The position numbers and the translations under genes were made by a program. Positions 23,962 through 33,985 of a stretch of DNA of 64,000 nucleotides are shown here, piece by piece. The notes beneath the pieces were generated by a model. That model worked only from the letters and a program-made list of their open reading frames with translations, was not told the origin of the DNA and searched no databases. Positions within the stretch are counted from its first letter, which is position 1, and each line of letters begins with the position of its first letter. The stretch lies in assembly GCA_965224025.1 (NCBI GenBank), contig OZ245033.1, forward strand, positions 3,968,001-4,032,000, in the 5' to 3' direction. This stretch comes from Candidatus Multivorans sp. GTDB taxonomy: Bacteria; Acidobacteriota; Thermoanaerobaculia; Multivoradales; Multivoraceae.

Positions 23962-23981
23962 CGGCATTCGGGATCGGCCGG

Positions 23982-25145
23982 ATGCGCATGTCGACTTCCT
24001 GGCTGCCGTGGTGGGCAGCGGCGACGGCCCTCGTTCTGGCCGCCGCCACGGTGACCCCGGAAACGGTCCGCGCAGAGTCCGATCCCGTCCCGCCGTCACG
24101 CAACTACTACGCCTACGTCTGCGCCGAGTCCGAGGACGAGGTGGCCCTGATCCGGTTCGGCCCTTCCGGTACCTCGATCGTCAAGACGATCACCGTCGGC
24201 AGCTTCCCGGCTGAGATCGAGGGCCCCCACGGCATCAACATCTCGGCCGGCGGCCGCTACTGGTACGTCTCGATCGCCCACGGCAACCCCTTCGGTTCCA
24301 TCCACAAGTACGCCACCGGCACCGACGAGTGGCTGGGCGACACGAGAGTCGGCATGTTTCCGGCCACCCTCGACATCGCCGCCACCACGGGGCTGCTGTT
24401 CGTCGTCAACTCGGACTTCTACGGCGACCACGTGCCGAGCACGATCTCCGTCGTCGAGACGTCGACGATGACCGAGATCGCGCAGTTCGAGAGCGGCACG
24501 ATGCCGCACGGAGCAAGGCTCAGCCGTGACGGCCGGAAGCTCTACAGCGTGAACATGATGGACGACGAACTCGTCGAGGTCGACGCGCTCCGCTTCGAGG
24601 TCGGTCGGCGACTCAAGCTGGGTACCGAGACCGGCATGGGCGGCGCCCACGGGAAGCACGGCGACCATCAGACCGGAGAGAGCCACGCGAATACCCACGC
24701 CGGCGCCGCGGTCGAGCCCTCCTGGGTCACACCCCCGACGGCCGGCGGCCTCATCTACGTCACGGCTCTTTCGGGCAACGCGATCTACGAGGTCGACACC
24801 GGCAAGTGGAGTGTCTCGCGACGCCTGGACACCCCGGTGCCCGGCCCCTATAACGCGGCCGTCACACCGGACGAACGCCTGCTGGTCGTGACCTACAAGA
24901 AGAGCGATTCGATCGGCTTCTGGGACCTGGAAACGGGCAGCGAAGTGGCTCGCGCCGATACCACCCGACGCATTCCGCACGGCGTGGCGATCACTTCGGA
25001 CGGCCGCTTCAGCCTGGTCACGGTCGAGGGCGTCGGCGGCGAACCGGGAGTGGTCGAGGTCTACGACAACGCCGCATACCGGCGCGTCGCCCATATCGAC
25101 ATCGGCAAACAGGCCGGAGGCATTGCTCTCTGGGAACCGAATTGA
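23982..25145 (+). CDS. YncE/YVTN beta-propeller secreted protein
   Basis: Signal peptide, repeated PHG motifs, His-rich insert. Confidence 0.8.
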   Translation: MRMSTSWLPWWAAATALVLAAATVTPETVRAESDPVPPSRNYYAYVCAESEDEVALIRFGPSGTSIVKTITVGSFPAEIEGPHGINISAGGRYWYVSIAHGNPFGSIHKYATGTDEWLGDTRVGMFPATLDIAATTGLLFVVNSDFYGDHVPSTISVVETSTMTEIAQFESGTMPHGARLSRDGRKLYSVNMMDDELVEVDALRFEVGRRLKLGTETGMGGAHGKHGDHQTGESHANTHAGAAVEPSWVTPPTAGGLIYVTALSGNAIYEVDTGKWSVSRRLDTPVPGPYNAAVTPDERLLVVTYKKSDSIGFWDLETGSEVARADTTRRIPHGVAITSDGRFSLVTVEGVGGEPGVVEVYDNAAYRRVAHIDIGKQAGGIALWEPN

Positions 25146-26584
25146 GCCCGCCTGAAGCCGATTCCCCGGTCGCCGGCCAGGCCGCGGCCGGTCTGCGCAG
25201 CGACTTCCTGCGGCGCCTTGCCGCGGTTGACCGGCGGCTCCGCCTGCGGCGCGCCCTCGCGGCGTTCGTTTGGCTGGTGCCCGCGATCTGCCTCTGGCTG
25301 CTCTCGACCTGGCTGCTGAACCTCGCGGCCGGCGCCGACGGCAGCGCCGCGGCCTTGTGGCCGTCGTGGGCGGGCGGCATCGTCCTCCTCGCGCTGCTAC
25401 TCCGCGAGGCCGTCTCGCTCGGCCACAATCTTCCCGCCGCGGCCCGGGCCGTGGATCAGGCGGGCGATCTGCACGACACGGTCGCCACCGCCCTGGAGAT
25501 GCAGAAGAGCGCCGCCGAAACCGTCTGGCCACCGCCCTGGATCGCGCTCGTCCTCGAACGCGGAGTCGCGGGCCTGGAGCGCACCGGCGCGCGCAAGGCG
25601 GCGCCCCGCCTCATTCCCCGGGGCGCTGCGGTCTCGGCCATCCTGAGCGCGGTTCTGCTGGTGCCGATCGCCTTGCCGACCTCCTTTGTCGGCGAGGCGC
25701 TGGCCGCGGCGATGACCGGCGACGACGCGGAATCAGCCACGCGCGGCCTCGAAGCGGCTGCGCTACTGGAAGAAGAACCCGGTCGCCGTCCCGGTGTTCC
25801 TGAGTTCGACGTACGGCTCAGCGACCTGCCCTTCCTGACCCTCCGGATCCGCGAGCCCGATTCGTCGGACGATGCCCGGAGAGGCGTCGGAGACGGCGCA
25901 GACGGCGCCGAGGGAAGTCTCGGCGACGACCCGCAGGCCGAACCCGCCGAAGGCAACGGCGAAGGCGGCGAGGCCACGGCAGCCGATCTCGCCGGCGAAC
26001 TGAACTCCGAGACCGGCGCCGACCTGATGCGTGAACTGGACACCGGCGAAGGCGCCGGAGAAGATGAGTTGAGCGCCCCCGGCACGCCGGGCGAAGGTGA
26101 GGGCGCCGAGGCCGGAGCCGAAACCGCAGCCGGCGAGGGCGCCGGCGGCCAACCCACGGAAGACGGCGAAGGCTCCGGCAACGAGAGCGGCACGGCGGCG
26201 GCCGTCAGCGAAGAACCTGGAGCCAGCAGCGCCGAGGCCGACGGCGGCACGGCCGGTGTCGGTACCGGACCGCAGGACGAGATGGTCGATCCCTTCGGCG
26301 ACCTCCTGGCACCAGCCCTCAGCCTCGAACAGGCACTCGAGACGGCCGTGCTCGAGTCGCGCGAGGAAATCGAACGGCGGCCCCTGACAACGACCAGTGC
26401 CACCCAGTTTCGGGCCGCGGAAGTGGCGATGCGCGGCTCCGGCGCCAGCGTCGGCGCCAACAACCCAACCGCCGCAACGGGCGATTTGCCGCAGCCCCGG
26501 CATCCGATCGCCTGGCGCCACCGGGTTTCCGTGCGGCGCTACCTGGAGTCGCTAGAGGACGTTTCTTCGGAGGACAGGGAGTGA
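25142..26584 (+). CDS. Membrane-anchored hypothetical protein with acidic Gly-rich tail (MoxR operon)
   Basis: Three TM segments, TALE motif, C-terminal VRRYL; overlapping start/stop with neighbours. Confidence 0.7.
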   Translation: MSPPEADSPVAGQAAAGLRSDFLRRLAAVDRRLRLRRALAAFVWLVPAICLWLLSTWLLNLAAGADGSAAALWPSWAGGIVLLALLLREAVSLGHNLPAAARAVDQAGDLHDTVATALEMQKSAAETVWPPPWIALVLERGVAGLERTGARKAAPRLIPRGAAVSAILSAVLLVPIALPTSFVGEALAAAMTGDDAESATRGLEAAALLEEEPGRRPGVPEFDVRLSDLPFLTLRIREPDSSDDARRGVGDGADGAEGSLGDDPQAEPAEGNGEGGEATAADLAGELNSETGADLMRELDTGEGAGEDELSAPGTPGEGEGAEAGAETAAGEGAGGQPTEDGEGSGNESGTAAAVSEEPGASSAEADGGTAGVGTGPQDEMVDPFGDLLAPALSLEQALETAVLESREEIERRPLTTTSATQFRAAEVAMRGSGASVGANNPTAATGDLPQPRHPIAWRHRVSVRRYLESLEDVSSEDRE

Positions 26585-27594
26585 ACGACACCGCCGAACC
26601 CCGGACCGCGACCGACCTGGCGCTGCAGTTGACCGAGTTCGCCGAACGCTGCAGCCAACTGCGCGGCGAGATCGGCAACGTGATCGTCGGCCAGGACGAG
26701 ATCGCCCTTGGCGTGATCATCGGTCTGCTTGCCGACGGCCATGTCCTGCTCGAGGGCATTCCCGGTCTCGGCAAGACGCGGCTGGTGCGCACCCTGGCCG
26801 ATGCTCTTCATGTCGAGTTCTCCCGCATCCAGTTCACACCGGACCTGATGCCCGCCGACATCGTCGGCACCCACGTCCTGCGCGAAGACGAGAGGGGCCG
26901 GCGGCGGCTCGTGTTCGAGCCCGGACCGATCTTCGCGAATCTCCTGCTCGCGGACGAGATCAACCGCGCCACGCCGAAGACCCAGTCGGCCCTGCTCGAG
27001 GCGATGCAGGAGACGACGGTCACCGTCGGCGGCGAGACGAACCCCCTGGGGCCCCCCTTCTTCGTCCTCGCCACCCAGAACCCGCTGGAAATGGAGGGGA
27101 CGTACCCGTTGCCCGAGGCGCAGCTCGACCGCTTCCTGTTCAAGCTGCGGATGACGTACCCGGGGACCGAGGAACTGCACACGATTCTCGACCGCACGAC
27201 ATCAGGGCACACGCCGACCGCGGCCGCGCTTTGGACCGCCGAACAGGTGATGACGATGCGGCGAGCGGTCCGCCTCGCCCCGATCGCGCGTCCCGTCCAG
27301 GACTACGCGATCCGGCTCGGCTTGGCGACCCGGCCCGAAGGAGACCGTCCCGCCGAGGCGGTTCGCCGCTACGTGCGTATCGGCGCCAGCCCGCGTGGCG
27401 TGCAGGCGATGGTCCTCGGCGCCAAGGTTCACGCACTCATCCGCGGCCGTGCGCACGTCTCCCGCGAGGACATCCGCGCCGTCGCCCTGCCCGCCCTGCG
27501 CCACAGGGTCCTGCTCAACTTCGAGGGCGAAGCGGAACGCATCGACCTGGACGATCTGCTCCAGGACCTGGTCGACAACGTGCCCGAGGGCTGA
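26581..27594 (+). CDS. moxR: MoxR family AAA+ ATPase
   Basis: GIPGLGKT, RIQFTPDLMPAD, DEINRA, ATQNP, LPEAQLDRF. Confidence 0.96.
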   Translation: MNDTAEPRTATDLALQLTEFAERCSQLRGEIGNVIVGQDEIALGVIIGLLADGHVLLEGIPGLGKTRLVRTLADALHVEFSRIQFTPDLMPADIVGTHVLREDERGRRRLVFEPGPIFANLLLADEINRATPKTQSALLEAMQETTVTVGGETNPLGPPFFVLATQNPLEMEGTYPLPEAQLDRFLFKLRMTYPGTEELHTILDRTTSGHTPTAAALWTAEQVMTMRRAVRLAPIARPVQDYAIRLGLATRPEGDRPAEAVRRYVRIGASPRGVQAMVLGAKVHALIRGRAHVSREDIRAVALPALRHRVLLNFEGEAERIDLDDLLQDLVDNVPEG

Positions 27595-27614
27595 GAAGGC
27601 TCTACCCGCCCGCC

Positions 27615-28520
27615 GTGGCCGACCATTCCGCCTTCGCCTTCGAGCCGGCCTTCCTCGCCCGCCTGGAGCGCCTCCGGCTGCTGACCCGCCGCGTGCCCGC
27701 GGGCGGCTTCAAGGGGGAGCATCGCGCCACCCACTTCGGCTCCGGAATCGAATTCGCGGACTACCGCCCCTACGTCGAGGGCGACGATGTACGCCACCTC
27801 GACTGGCGCGCGTACCTGCGGTTCGACCGCCTGCTGCTGCGGATGTTCGAGGAACACGGCGATCTCGCGGTCTACATCCTGCTCGACTGCAGCCGCTCCA
27901 TGGCGCCCACGCCGGGCGCCTTCGGCCGTCGCAAGTTCGATGCCGCGCGCCGGCTCGCGGCCGCCCTGACCTACATCGCCCTCGCCACCCTCGACCGGGT
28001 CACGCTGGCGCCCTACTCGAGCCACGCACACCAGGTTCTCGGGCCGCTGCACGGTTCCCGACAGGTGTGGCGCGCGCTCGACTTTCTGGCAGATCTCCAC
28101 ACCGGGGGCGACACCCGGCTCGACCACGCCGTCCGCCAGGTGTTCGCCGCCGGCCGCCGGCGCGGCCTGGTGATCCTGATCTCCGACCTGCTCTCGGACA
28201 CGACGGAGGGCGGTCTCGACCTGCTCCTGCCGCTGCGCCACGACGTCGCGGTCCTCCAGGTCACCGATCACCAGGACCTGGAAGCGCCGCTCGACCGCGA
28301 CACGACGCTGGTCGACAGCGAGACCGGGGACACCATCCGCGTCCATGGCGCTCCCACACTGCTCCACAAACTGGAAGACGAGGCCGACGCCCACCGGGAC
28401 GAGATTCGCGCCCGCTGCGCTGCCCGTGGCTGGTCCTTCATCCAGGCACCGGTCGAGATGCGCTTCGAGGAGCTGGCTCTCGGCGCCCTACGCCAGGGTC
28501 TGCTCAGCCGGGGCCGCTAG
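27615..28520 (+). CDS. DUF58 domain protein
   Basis: GIEFADYRPYVEGDDVRHLDW, DCSRSM, ISDL. Confidence 0.93.
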   Translation: MADHSAFAFEPAFLARLERLRLLTRRVPAGGFKGEHRATHFGSGIEFADYRPYVEGDDVRHLDWRAYLRFDRLLLRMFEEHGDLAVYILLDCSRSMAPTPGAFGRRKFDAARRLAAALTYIALATLDRVTLAPYSSHAHQVLGPLHGSRQVWRALDFLADLHTGGDTRLDHAVRQVFAAGRRRGLVILISDLLSDTTEGGLDLLLPLRHDVAVLQVTDHQDLEAPLDRDTTLVDSETGDTIRVHGAPTLLHKLEDEADAHRDEIRARCAARGWSFIQAPVEMRFEELALGALRQGLLSRGR

Positions 28521-28554
28521 AGTCTTGCTCGGCCCAACCACTCACAACCCCGAA

Positions 28555-28600
28555 CCTGGGAACGCGGGCATCCTGCCCGCATCCGGCGCGCAGCGCCGGT
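28555..28600 (+). repeat. REP-like palindrome with adjacent hairpin
   Basis: CCTGGGAACGCGGGCATCCTGCCCGCATCCGGCGCGCAGCGCCGGT. Confidence 0.8.
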
Positions 28601-28604
28601 TCGG

Positions 28605-30473
28605 TTGGCCCTAGCCATGCCTCTCTGGCTACCTCTCCTGCTCGCCGCCCTCGCCGTGCTCGTGATCTACCTGATCCGGCCCACGGCGCAGACGCTGTCG
28701 GTTGCCTCCACGTTGCTCTGGCGGCGCCTGCTGGCCGCCCGGCGGAAGCGGCACGACCGCCTGCGCTGGCTGCTCTCGCTGCTTCTCGCGATGACCGTGG
28801 CCGGCTGTCTGGCGCTGGCCGCCGGCCAGGCGCCCTGGCTCCAGCCCGGCGGCGGCGATCGGATCGCTCTCGTCTTCGACTCCTCGCCCACCATGCGCGC
28901 CGCCCTGCCGGACGGAGCGGCGAGCCGGATGGAACTGGCAATGGCCGAAGCGCGCCGGATCGTTGCCGAAGCCGATGCCGGCAGCCGCTTCACGCTGGGC
29001 ACGGACCCGACTCAGCTCACAGCCGCGGAGGCTCTGCTCGCCCTGTCCGGATCGGCTCTGGGAACGCGGGCGTCTCGCCCGCATCCCGTACCGCCCCACG
29101 GAGACCGTGCGTCCTTCGGTCCCGAGGAGGCGGAAGGTAACCCCGAACCGGCGATTCCCGCCGCGGACATGGTCTACCTCTTCACCGACGGCGCCTCTGA
29201 CTGGAGGCCGATCACGGACCCCGCCACAGCGATCCGCACGGTGTCGGTCCTCGCGCCGGCCCGGAACGCGGGCATCGTCCTCTTCGTGACCCGCCCGGCG
29301 CCCAGCCACGAAGCGAAGCCGGAGGCACTGCTCGAAGTCCTGGCTACAGATTCCGTCGACATCTCCGATCCGGTGCCCGTGGAATTGACGGTCTCCGATT
29401 CCGAGACGATTCGCATCCGGCGGCAACTCGAACTGCCTCCAGCCAACCGTTTCACCGCCCTGATCGACATCAGCGGCTTCGTCCCCGGTCCGGTGACGGC
29501 GCGCCTCCAGACGCCCGGCGATGTCTTCCCACTGGATGACCGGGCGACCCTGATCGACGCAGGCAGCACGGCGGCCGCCGACGCGGTGCCGCGTGCCGCG
29601 CTACTCCATAGCCGCCTGAGCAGCGAGCGGCGCCTGTTCGTTCATACCCGCAGCCGAGCCTCCTTCGGCGATTCTGCCGCCGCGCGCGCTTTCGAGGCCG
29701 ACCCCTCCGTCGAAGTCGTCGCCGTGCAGGCAGAAACGGAGGCCGACGCCGGCGAAACCGGCGCGCAGTCACCGGCAGCAGCCGACACAACCGTTACAGC
29801 CGACATCGCCGTCTTCCACCGCACCGCGCCGGCGAGGCCCCCAGCCCTGCCCCGCCTGTTCCTCGACCCCCCGGAAGCCCTTGCGGCCGGAGGACTCTCG
29901 GCCGCCGAAGCTGCGCCCCGGGCTCAGCGCCGCATCGACCGCGTCGCAGTCGACCACCCGATCCTGGCCGGTGTCTCGCTGCTCGGTCTGCCGGCAACCA
30001 TCACGGCGCGCGAACTCGACCCCCGCTGCAGACCCCTGGCCACGGCCGGCAACCTGACCGCCATCGCCGCCTGCGATCCCGCCGACCCCGCCTCGCCGCC
30101 GCTCTCCTCCTCCGATCCCGCACCGCCGGACCTCACGGCCCGCTCCGTCGTCATCGCCTTCGACCTCGACCTCTCCCCCCTGTCTCAGCGCCCCGACCTC
30201 GCCGCCCTGCTCCAGAACGCCACCGAATGGCTCGCCACGGTCGACATCCACGCCGACGAACCGTCCGCCACCGGCCTCCAGGACGCCATCAATCTCCAGG
30301 AAGAATGGGCCACCCGGATCAACGACTCCGACCTCGAACCCGTAGCCCCCGATCGTCTCGCCGAACTCACCGAAGACACCCGCCGCCCCTGGTCCTGGCG
30401 CACCCTCGCCCTGGCCGGCCTCCTCCTCGCCTCCATCGAGGCGGTCACCTTCTTCCGCGGCCTCACGGTGTAA
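28605..30473 (+). CDS. BatA-like N-terminal TM plus vWA domain protein
   Basis: ASTLLWRR, degenerate MIDAS DSSPTM, FTDG, C-terminal TM. Confidence 0.8.
   Translation: MALAMPLWLPLLLAALAVLVIYLIRPTAQTLSVASTLLWRRLLAARRKRHDRLRWLLSLLLAMTVAGCLALAAGQAPWLQPGGGDRIALVFDSSPTMRAALPDGAASRMELAMAEARRIVAEADAGSRFTLGTDPTQLTAAEALLALSGSALGTRASRPHPVPPHGDRASFGPEEAEGNPEPAIPAADMVYLFTDGASDWRPITDPATAIRTVSVLAPARNAGIVLFVTRPAPSHEAKPEALLEVLATDSVDISDPVPVELTVSDSETIRIRRQLELPPANRFTALIDISGFVPGPVTARLQTPGDVFPLDDRATLIDAGSTAAADAVPRAALLHSRLSSERRLFVHTRSRASFGDSAAARAFEADPSVEVVAVQAETEADAGETGAQSPAAADTTVTADIAVFHRTAPARPPALPRLFLDPPEALAAGGLSAAEAAPRAQRRIDRVAVDHPILAGVSLLGLPATITARELDPRCRPLATAGNLTAIAACDPADPASPPLSSSDPAPPDLTARSVVIAFDLDLSPLSQRPDLAALLQNATEWLATVDIHADEPSATGLQDAINLQEEWATRINDSDLEPVAPDRLAELTEDTRRPWSWRTLALAGLLLASIEAVTFFRGLTV
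29058..29086 (+). repeat. REP-like palindrome inside the vWA gene
   Basis: CTGGGAACGCGGGCGTCTCGCCCGCATCC, encoding LGTRASRPHP. Confidence 0.75.
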
Positions 30474-30478
30474 CGGGA

Positions 30479-33109
30479 ATGACCCTGCTCCATCCGTTCT
30501 GGTTGCTCGCGGCGCTGCCGGTCGCGGTGCTGCTGTGGTCGCAGCGCAGCGATCGGCCCGACCGTCAGCGGCGGCGGTTGCTCTGGATGCGTGGATCGCT
30601 GCTGGCGCTGGTCGTGCTGGCGCTTGCGGAACCGGTCGTCACCTGGAGCAGCCGTGACCTCGATGTCGCCGTGCTGGTCGATGTTTCCGCCAGCGTCGAA
30701 CCGGCGAGCCTCAATCGCGCGCTCCAGGCGATCGAGCGTGGCGTGGATCCCGAGGGTCCGGTGTGGCTGTTCGCGTTCGCCGACCGCGCGGCGGCCGCCG
30801 GCGGCGCGGAGAACCTGCGACGCCTGGAAGTCGCCGACTCCAGCACCGCTTCGGCCGGCAACGCCACCCTCGACCGCGGCAGCACGCTGCCGGAGGCCGC
30901 GCTTCGCCAGACCGCGGCCGCGCTGCGAGCCGATCGCGTCCGCCGCATTCTGCTCCTGTCGGACGGCCAGAACACAGGCGGCATCGCTGCCCGAACCGCG
31001 GCCCGGTATCCGGAACTCCGCATCGACACGGCGGTTCTCGACCGCGTGGCGCCGCCGGTGTGGATCGAGTCGGTGGGAAGAGACGACGACAAGCGCCCCC
31101 TCCGGGCCGGCGAGCCCCGCAACTGGGTCTTCCGCCTCGGCAGCCGCGCGTCCCTGCCTGAGGCCCCTCTGACCCTGCGCGGCGGCGGCGCCGAAGAGCT
31201 GCACAGCGTCCCGCTCGCTCAAGGGGTCACAGAAGTCGAGCTTGAGTGGACGTTCGCCGAGCCCGGACTCCAGACCTTCGAAGCCGTACTCGGGAGCGGC
31301 GAGGGGGAGGCTCCCGCCCAGGGCGCCGTCTGGCGAGGCAGTCTCCGCGTCCAACCCGAGCACCACGTCCTGCTGCTTGCGCCCACCGACCACTCGGGCG
31401 ATCTCGAGCGGCTGCTGGAAGCTCAGGGACTCCAGGTGACCCGGTCCACACCGGATCGCACCACGCTCAACCCCGCCGCGCTGCTTGGGTACGACGCCGT
31501 CCTGCTGAGCAACGTCGCGGCGGACAGCCTCCCCGGACCGGCCCAGCAGGCGCTTGGGCAGTGGGTCGAGGAAGAGGGCGGCGGCCTGCTGTTCGTGGCC
31601 GGCGAGGCGACCTTCGGCGAGGAGGGATACCGGGACTCGCCGCTCGAACATGTGCTGCCGCTCGACTTCGAGATCGAGGAGGAGCGCAGCGAAGTCGCGC
31701 TGATGATCGCGCTCGACAAGTCCTACAGCATGAAGGGTCCGAAGATGGAACTGGCCAAGGAAGCCGCCAAGGCCGCCCTCGGCATGCTGAACGAGCAACA
31801 CCGCTTCGGCCTCGTGGCCTTCGACTGGCACACTCACCAAATCGTCCCTTTGCAGTTCGTGCGCGAACAGGAGCGGCTCGCGGACCGCGTCGACCGCATT
31901 GAGGCCAGCGCCCAGACCAATTTCTATCCCGCGCTCGAGGCCTGCCTGGATCAGCTCTCGGAAGTCCAGTCCGAGGTCAAGCACGTGATCCTGGTCTCGG
32001 ACGGCCGCACCTACCCGGACGAATACGAGAGCCTGGTGCTCCGCATGCGGCAGGAGGAGATCACCGTTTCCACCGTCGCCATCGGCGTCGAGTCCGACCG
32101 CGAGCTGCTCGCGGACATCGCCGACTGGGGCGACGGCAACGCCTACACGATCGAGGATCCCTCGTCGGTGCAAAGCATTCTGATCGACGAGACGATGAAC
32201 CAACTCCCCGACTCGACCCGGGAGGAGGAAATCCGTGTCGAGCAGCGCGGCCAGTCAGAAGTGCTCGCGGGAGTCGACATCGCCAAAGCACCCCAGCTCT
32301 ATGGCCGCATCGCCGCGGTGGCCAAGGACAGCGCCGAGCTCATTCTCGGCGCCGGTGCAGGAACCCGTGACGGAGGCGACCCGATCCTGGCCAGCCGCTA
32401 CGTCGGCCTGGGCAAGACCTGGATGTTCACCTCCGATCTCCAGCCCCGCTGGGCGAGCGACTGGCTGCGATGGCCTGAACTGCCCCGCCTCGTCGCCCAG
32501 GTCGTCCGCGACGCGGCCGACCGGCGCGCCAGCGCAGAGTGGGAACTGCGCCTCGGCCGCCGGGACGAGGGCCTCGAAGCCGAACTCAGCGTGATCGAGG
32601 ACGGCGGGCGCTTCGCCAGCGACCTCTCGCCGCGGCTCGTGGTGCTCCGCGGCGAGCGCCGCGTCGAAGCGCCGATGCAGCGCACCGGTCCCGGTCTCTA
32701 CCGTCTCTCGCCCGAACAGGGCCTGCAACTCGCGCCAAGCCTCGAGCCCTACCGCGTCGAGGTCCACACCGGAGAACCGGGCGCCGAGGCGAACGTCGGG
32801 CCAGGCCGCACCATCTTCTTCCCCGCCCGCGATGAGCTGCGTCCCGGCGCCCCCGACATCGCCGCCCTCGCCGAACTCGCCGCCGCCACCGGCGGCCTGT
32901 TCCACGAGACCCTTGGCGGCGCCGTGGCCGCGATCACCGCACCCGGCGCCCAGACCGCGGTCCGGCGCTTCGAGTTGTGGTCGGTCCTCGCCACCGCCGC
33001 GACCGTCCTGTTCCTGGCCGAACTCCTCCTGCGCCGCCGCCGCCGGCATGTGGCTACGGCTACGGCTACCGCCACCGCGGCCCGCAGCGCTAACCGGCCG
33101 GCTGCGTAG
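30479..33109 (+). CDS. Double vWA domain membrane protein with GATase-like (DUF1355-type) region
   Basis: DVSAS and DKSYSM MIDAS motifs, LSDG / VSDG, GYDAVLLSNV, GGGLLFVAG. Confidence 0.85.
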   Translation: MTLLHPFWLLAALPVAVLLWSQRSDRPDRQRRRLLWMRGSLLALVVLALAEPVVTWSSRDLDVAVLVDVSASVEPASLNRALQAIERGVDPEGPVWLFAFADRAAAAGGAENLRRLEVADSSTASAGNATLDRGSTLPEAALRQTAAALRADRVRRILLLSDGQNTGGIAARTAARYPELRIDTAVLDRVAPPVWIESVGRDDDKRPLRAGEPRNWVFRLGSRASLPEAPLTLRGGGAEELHSVPLAQGVTEVELEWTFAEPGLQTFEAVLGSGEGEAPAQGAVWRGSLRVQPEHHVLLLAPTDHSGDLERLLEAQGLQVTRSTPDRTTLNPAALLGYDAVLLSNVAADSLPGPAQQALGQWVEEEGGGLLFVAGEATFGEEGYRDSPLEHVLPLDFEIEEERSEVALMIALDKSYSMKGPKMELAKEAAKAALGMLNEQHRFGLVAFDWHTHQIVPLQFVREQERLADRVDRIEASAQTNFYPALEACLDQLSEVQSEVKHVILVSDGRTYPDEYESLVLRMRQEEITVSTVAIGVESDRELLADIADWGDGNAYTIEDPSSVQSILIDETMNQLPDSTREEEIRVEQRGQSEVLAGVDIAKAPQLYGRIAAVAKDSAELILGAGAGTRDGGDPILASRYVGLGKTWMFTSDLQPRWASDWLRWPELPRLVAQVVRDAADRRASAEWELRLGRRDEGLEAELSVIEDGGRFASDLSPRLVVLRGERRVEAPMQRTGPGLYRLSPEQGLQLAPSLEPYRVEVHTGEPGAEANVGPGRTIFFPARDELRPGAPDIAALAELAAATGGLFHETLGGAVAAITAPGAQTAVRRFELWSVLATAATVLFLAELLLRRRRRHVATATATATAARSANRPAA

Positions 33110-33158
33110 CCAGAATCGAGTGTTCCTCGCACGGGCGGCGAACCGCTATGCTCTGACC

Positions 33159-33389
33159 ATGCTGGCCAAGGCCCAAATCCAGAAAGAAGCTCTGAACCTG
33201 CCGGCGCAGGAACGCATCGAACTCGTGGTCGAGCTCTGGGACAGTCTGGCGCCGGGGGAAATTCCCCTCCCCGAGTGGCAGCGGGATCTTATTCAGGATC
33301 GGTTGGCGGCCCTGGATGAGATCTCGCCCGACGAACGTTCGGCGCCTTGGGAAGCCGTCCGCCCGCGAATCTTCGCCGACAAGGCGTGA
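33159..33389 (+). CDS. Addiction module antitoxin (TIGR02574-like)
   Basis: ALNLPAQERIELVVELWDSL..W; TATGCT 6 nt before the ATG. Confidence 0.85.
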   Translation: MLAKAQIQKEALNLPAQERIELVVELWDSLAPGEIPLPEWQRDLIQDRLAALDEISPDERSAPWEAVRPRIFADKA

Positions 33390-33682
33390 CCCTAGCCGTC
33401 CGCCTGACATCCGCCGCAGTGCGGGATCTCGCGCTGGCCGAACGGTGGTACTCCGACGAAGCTCCCTACATGTTGGCTTCCTTCGAAGAGGAAGTCGACG
33501 CCGCCTTTGGCCGTATTTCGGGGGGACCTGACCTGTACCAGATCGTGGAGCCGACGATTCGACGCGCACCCTTACGAAAGTTCCCGTTCTCGATCTTCTA
33601 CCGGGCACTGCCCCAGTGGATCGAAGTCATCGCCGTGCTACATCAATCCCGGGATCCGAGGACATGGCACCGGCGGGTCTGA
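33386..33682 (+). CDS. RelE/ParE family toxin
   Basis: RDLALAERWY, RRAPLRKFPFSIFY, VIAVLHQSRDP. Confidence 0.88.
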   Translation: MTLAVRLTSAAVRDLALAERWYSDEAPYMLASFEEEVDAAFGRISGGPDLYQIVEPTIRRAPLRKFPFSIFYRALPQWIEVIAVLHQSRDPRTWHRRV

Positions 33683-33965
33683 CTACGGAGCGCGCAGCCT
33701 CGGTTGGCACTACCTCGGCCCGCAACATCTGCCACGGCAAGCGCACGAGGTTCTCGTCGAGGACCACGTTCCGGAGGCGCTGATCCGGCTCAATCCTGAG
33801 ATTGCCGCACAGCCTGATCGGGCCGACGACGTATCGGCTGCGAGCCATCCTGATGGGCGTGCGAACCGACGGCCTGGAGAAGGCGAACGAAGAATTCGCG
33901 GCATGACTGTGCGGAGAACGGTCGCTGCCGTTCGGCGCGGATGGCGAACACGTGACGATTCCGTC
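33683..33965 (+). pseudogene. hsdR: Fragment of type I restriction enzyme HsdR N-terminal domain
   Basis: LGWHYLGP..EVLVEDH..ALIRLNPEIAAQPDRADDV, then shifted frame LRAILMGVRTDGLEKANEEFAA*. Confidence 0.65.
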
Positions 33966-33985
33966 TGCCTCGCTGCGGAAAGAGG

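Noticed and set aside
29261-29280. GGAACGCGGGCATC partial REP match
   Set aside because: Lacks the second palindrome arm and encodes an ordinary NAGI motif; likely chance.
33052-33078. GGCTAC short tandem repeat
   Set aside because: Three units encoding a low-complexity Ala-Thr tail; no evidence of function.
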